64,000 nt of DNA from Selaginella moellendorffii. Lineage: Eukaryota > Plantae > Lycopodiophyta. A model generated the notes under the pieces. The model was not told the origin of the DNA, did not search any database, and saw nothing but the letters and a program-made list of their open reading frames with translations. Both the position numbers and the translations under genes were made by a program. This document shows, piece after piece, positions 61,976 through 64,000 of the stretch (the first letter of the stretch is position 1; each line of letters begins with the position of its first letter). Location: the NCBI RefSeq assembly GCF_000143415.4, contig NW_003314267.1, positions 3,848,446 to 3,912,445 of the forward strand. The letters are read 5' to 3'.

Positions 61976-62850
61976 ATGGCCTACACTGACACCCCACAAA
62001 GCCATCCAACGCAACAGCATCAAGGACAGCAGCAAGGATTCACCAGCGAAGGCCATCCCGTTGCCCCTCCTGCTGCTCATCCCCAGCCTCCGCCTGGTAG
62101 TTACTATGGACCCGGAGTGGCAACCATGGCACCCCCGAATTCTGGCCTCTGGCCAACGGGCCTCTATGGATGCACTGAGGACTGCCCCTCTTGTAAGGTT
62201 TTTTTTTTCGAGAAAAAGAGTTCTTTTTGTGCAGCTTGGATGATTGACTGAGTGATCTCTTTAAATTTGCTTTCTGTTCTTTGATCCTAGATTTGGTTTG
62301 TCCAGATAGATAAGATATCCGTTCGACATTTCTTATCAATCCTCTCCATCTGGTGTAACCACAGGCTGGTGTGCGTTGTGCTGTCCCTGCGTTCTTGTTG
62401 GGCGCATGGCCAACATTCTGGATCAAGGCATGACCTATTCAACTTTGAGATAAACTATATCCCAAACGTTTTGTTTTTTTTTATGTTCCACTCACGATTC
62501 TGCTTGGATTTGTGATCCAATGTTGTAGCTGTCTTCACCGGAGCCGCCATCTTTTGCGGCTGTGGCTGCCTCTACAGCTGCCTGTACCGTGCAAAGCTGC
62601 GCCACAAGTACGGACTCCCCGAGGAGCCCTGCAACGACATCTGCACCGAGTGGTGGTGCAATTGCTGCTCCATTGCCCAGGCTTACAGGGAGCTCAGGAA
62701 CCGCAACATCAACCCGGCTCTGGGTATGATTTCTGGGGCCTTGGTGATCTTTGTTTCCTGATTTCTGAAAATGGTGATTTTTCAGGGTACGAGTTTGCGA
62801 GGGCGGTGTACGAGCAGCCACCTCAAGTGCAGGAGATGCGCAAAATGTGA
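61976..62850 (+). CDS. PLAC8-family protein (Plant Cadmium Resistance / FW2.2-CNR-like), 4 exons
   Basis: WPTGLYGC, CWCALCCPCVLVGR, YRAKLRHKYGLPEEPCND, CCSIAQAYRELRNR. Confidence 0.85.
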
Positions 62851-63070
62851 GCTACGGAAATTAGTTTTTAAAATCTTCAACTTGAAAATGCTTCTTCGGG
62901 GCTTTCCAAGAATGCCATGTTGCATTCGTGATCGGAAGGATTTCTTCCTCGTGACATTGGAAAATAATAGAAGCCCAAGTTTGTATAAATTTCGAAACAT
63001 CTCATCTAGAATTATTTAACGTCCTAAAAAGAACATATACTGGAATATATTCTGGAAGAGCTATCCTCTT

Positions 63071-64000
63071 ATGACGGACGAGCAGCGCCTTCACGTAGCG
63101 GTGCTCCCAACCACCGGCTCCGGCCACATCAATCCCATGCTCGAGCTCTGCCGTTGCCTCGTCCCGCTAGGATTCCAGGTAAGCTTCGTCTATCCCAGCA
63201 GCCTTCGACACGATGATCTTCACTTCCGAGTGGTGCCAAGCCCAGCCTCGGACAAGCTTTTGCTCATGGATCCCGCGTTGCAAGAGGACGTGAGACCGGT
63301 TCTAGAGGCCCTCCGTCCACCAATAAAGTGCCTTATCGCTGATATGTTCTTAGGCTGGTCACAGGACGTGGCCGAAAGCCTGGGGATTCCACGAGTAGCC
63401 TTCATTCCCAGTGACTCAGTCATCGAAGCGACGTGCTACCATATTCCAGAGCTTGTCTCCAGGGGTTTCATTACTGGCCATGTTCCTGCCAATGGTGAGA
63501 AGAAGAAGAAACTTTACAATTGCTTCATACCGATCGACGAATATGTGTTGTTGTCTCAGCCGATCCAAATCCGGACGCTTTGATCGACTTCATCCCCGGT
63601 CTCGAGCCTTTTACAAGAGAGTTGCTCCCTCTTGCCTTCCAGAACTGGGGACCCATTGTGACCACTCTGGGAGTTGCAGCCAGACGAACAAAGGATGCGG
63701 TTTGCATTGTCGTCAACACGATTGAGGAGTTGGATCAGGAAGTCGTGAATGGACGGAGGTTGCTGTTCTCCAGTTATTTACCAGTCGGACCTCTGGTACC
63801 TGCAGAGCTTCTGCAAGAACAGCACCCGATCACTCTCAGTTCTCCAAATGACACTAGCATGATCTGGCTGGACAAACAAGCTTACGGCTCGGTTCTCTAT
63901 ATCGCTTTTGGAAGTGTTGTTACTCTGCCAGCCGACCAAGTGGAGAAGATTGCAAGAGCTGTAAAAGCCACTCGTCAGCCAGTATTGTGGGCAATCAGGA
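63071..64000 (+). CDS. UDP-glycosyltransferase (GT1), runs off the window end
   Basis: HVAVLPTTGSGHINPM, CLIADMF, intron 63495-63559, VNTIEELD, WLDKQAYGSVLYIAFGS. Confidence 0.85.

Overview
Gene-dense eukaryotic land-plant nuclear DNA with very short introns (about 45-60 nt). The intron size, PLS-class PPR genes and divergent UGTs suggest the lycophyte Selaginella; this is an inference, not a database result. Left third: a stop-riddled NUP133 pseudogene, then a 12.8-kb nest in which a Copia LTR element hosts a hAT-type fragment, a partly duplicated non-coding LTR element (LARD-like) and a recent TRIM with identical LTRs. Middle (19-46 kb): a tightly packed gene island with CYP716-like P450, TRMB tRNA m7G methyltransferase, three intronless PPRs (one DYW), two subtilases (one lacking the PA domain), three oleosins with RY promoter boxes, MTOPVIB, GINS SLD5, YIP1 and UGTs. 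Right third: a UGT/PLAC8 duplication zone with an inverted UGT pseudocopy around a tRNA-Glu gene, a decayed Ty3/gypsy element, a UGT with a single nonsense codon, a PLAC8 gene and a UGT cut by the window edge. Most striking: a 54-nt intron would remove the MTOPVIB stop codon and fuse it in frame to the PPR-DYW editing factor. Also notable: PPRs packed against housekeeping-gene promoters (ATGs only 10 nt apart in one case), a candidate CYP716/UGT/oleosin cluster, and microdeletion erosion of duplicated fragments. All gene identities come from motif recall, not searches.
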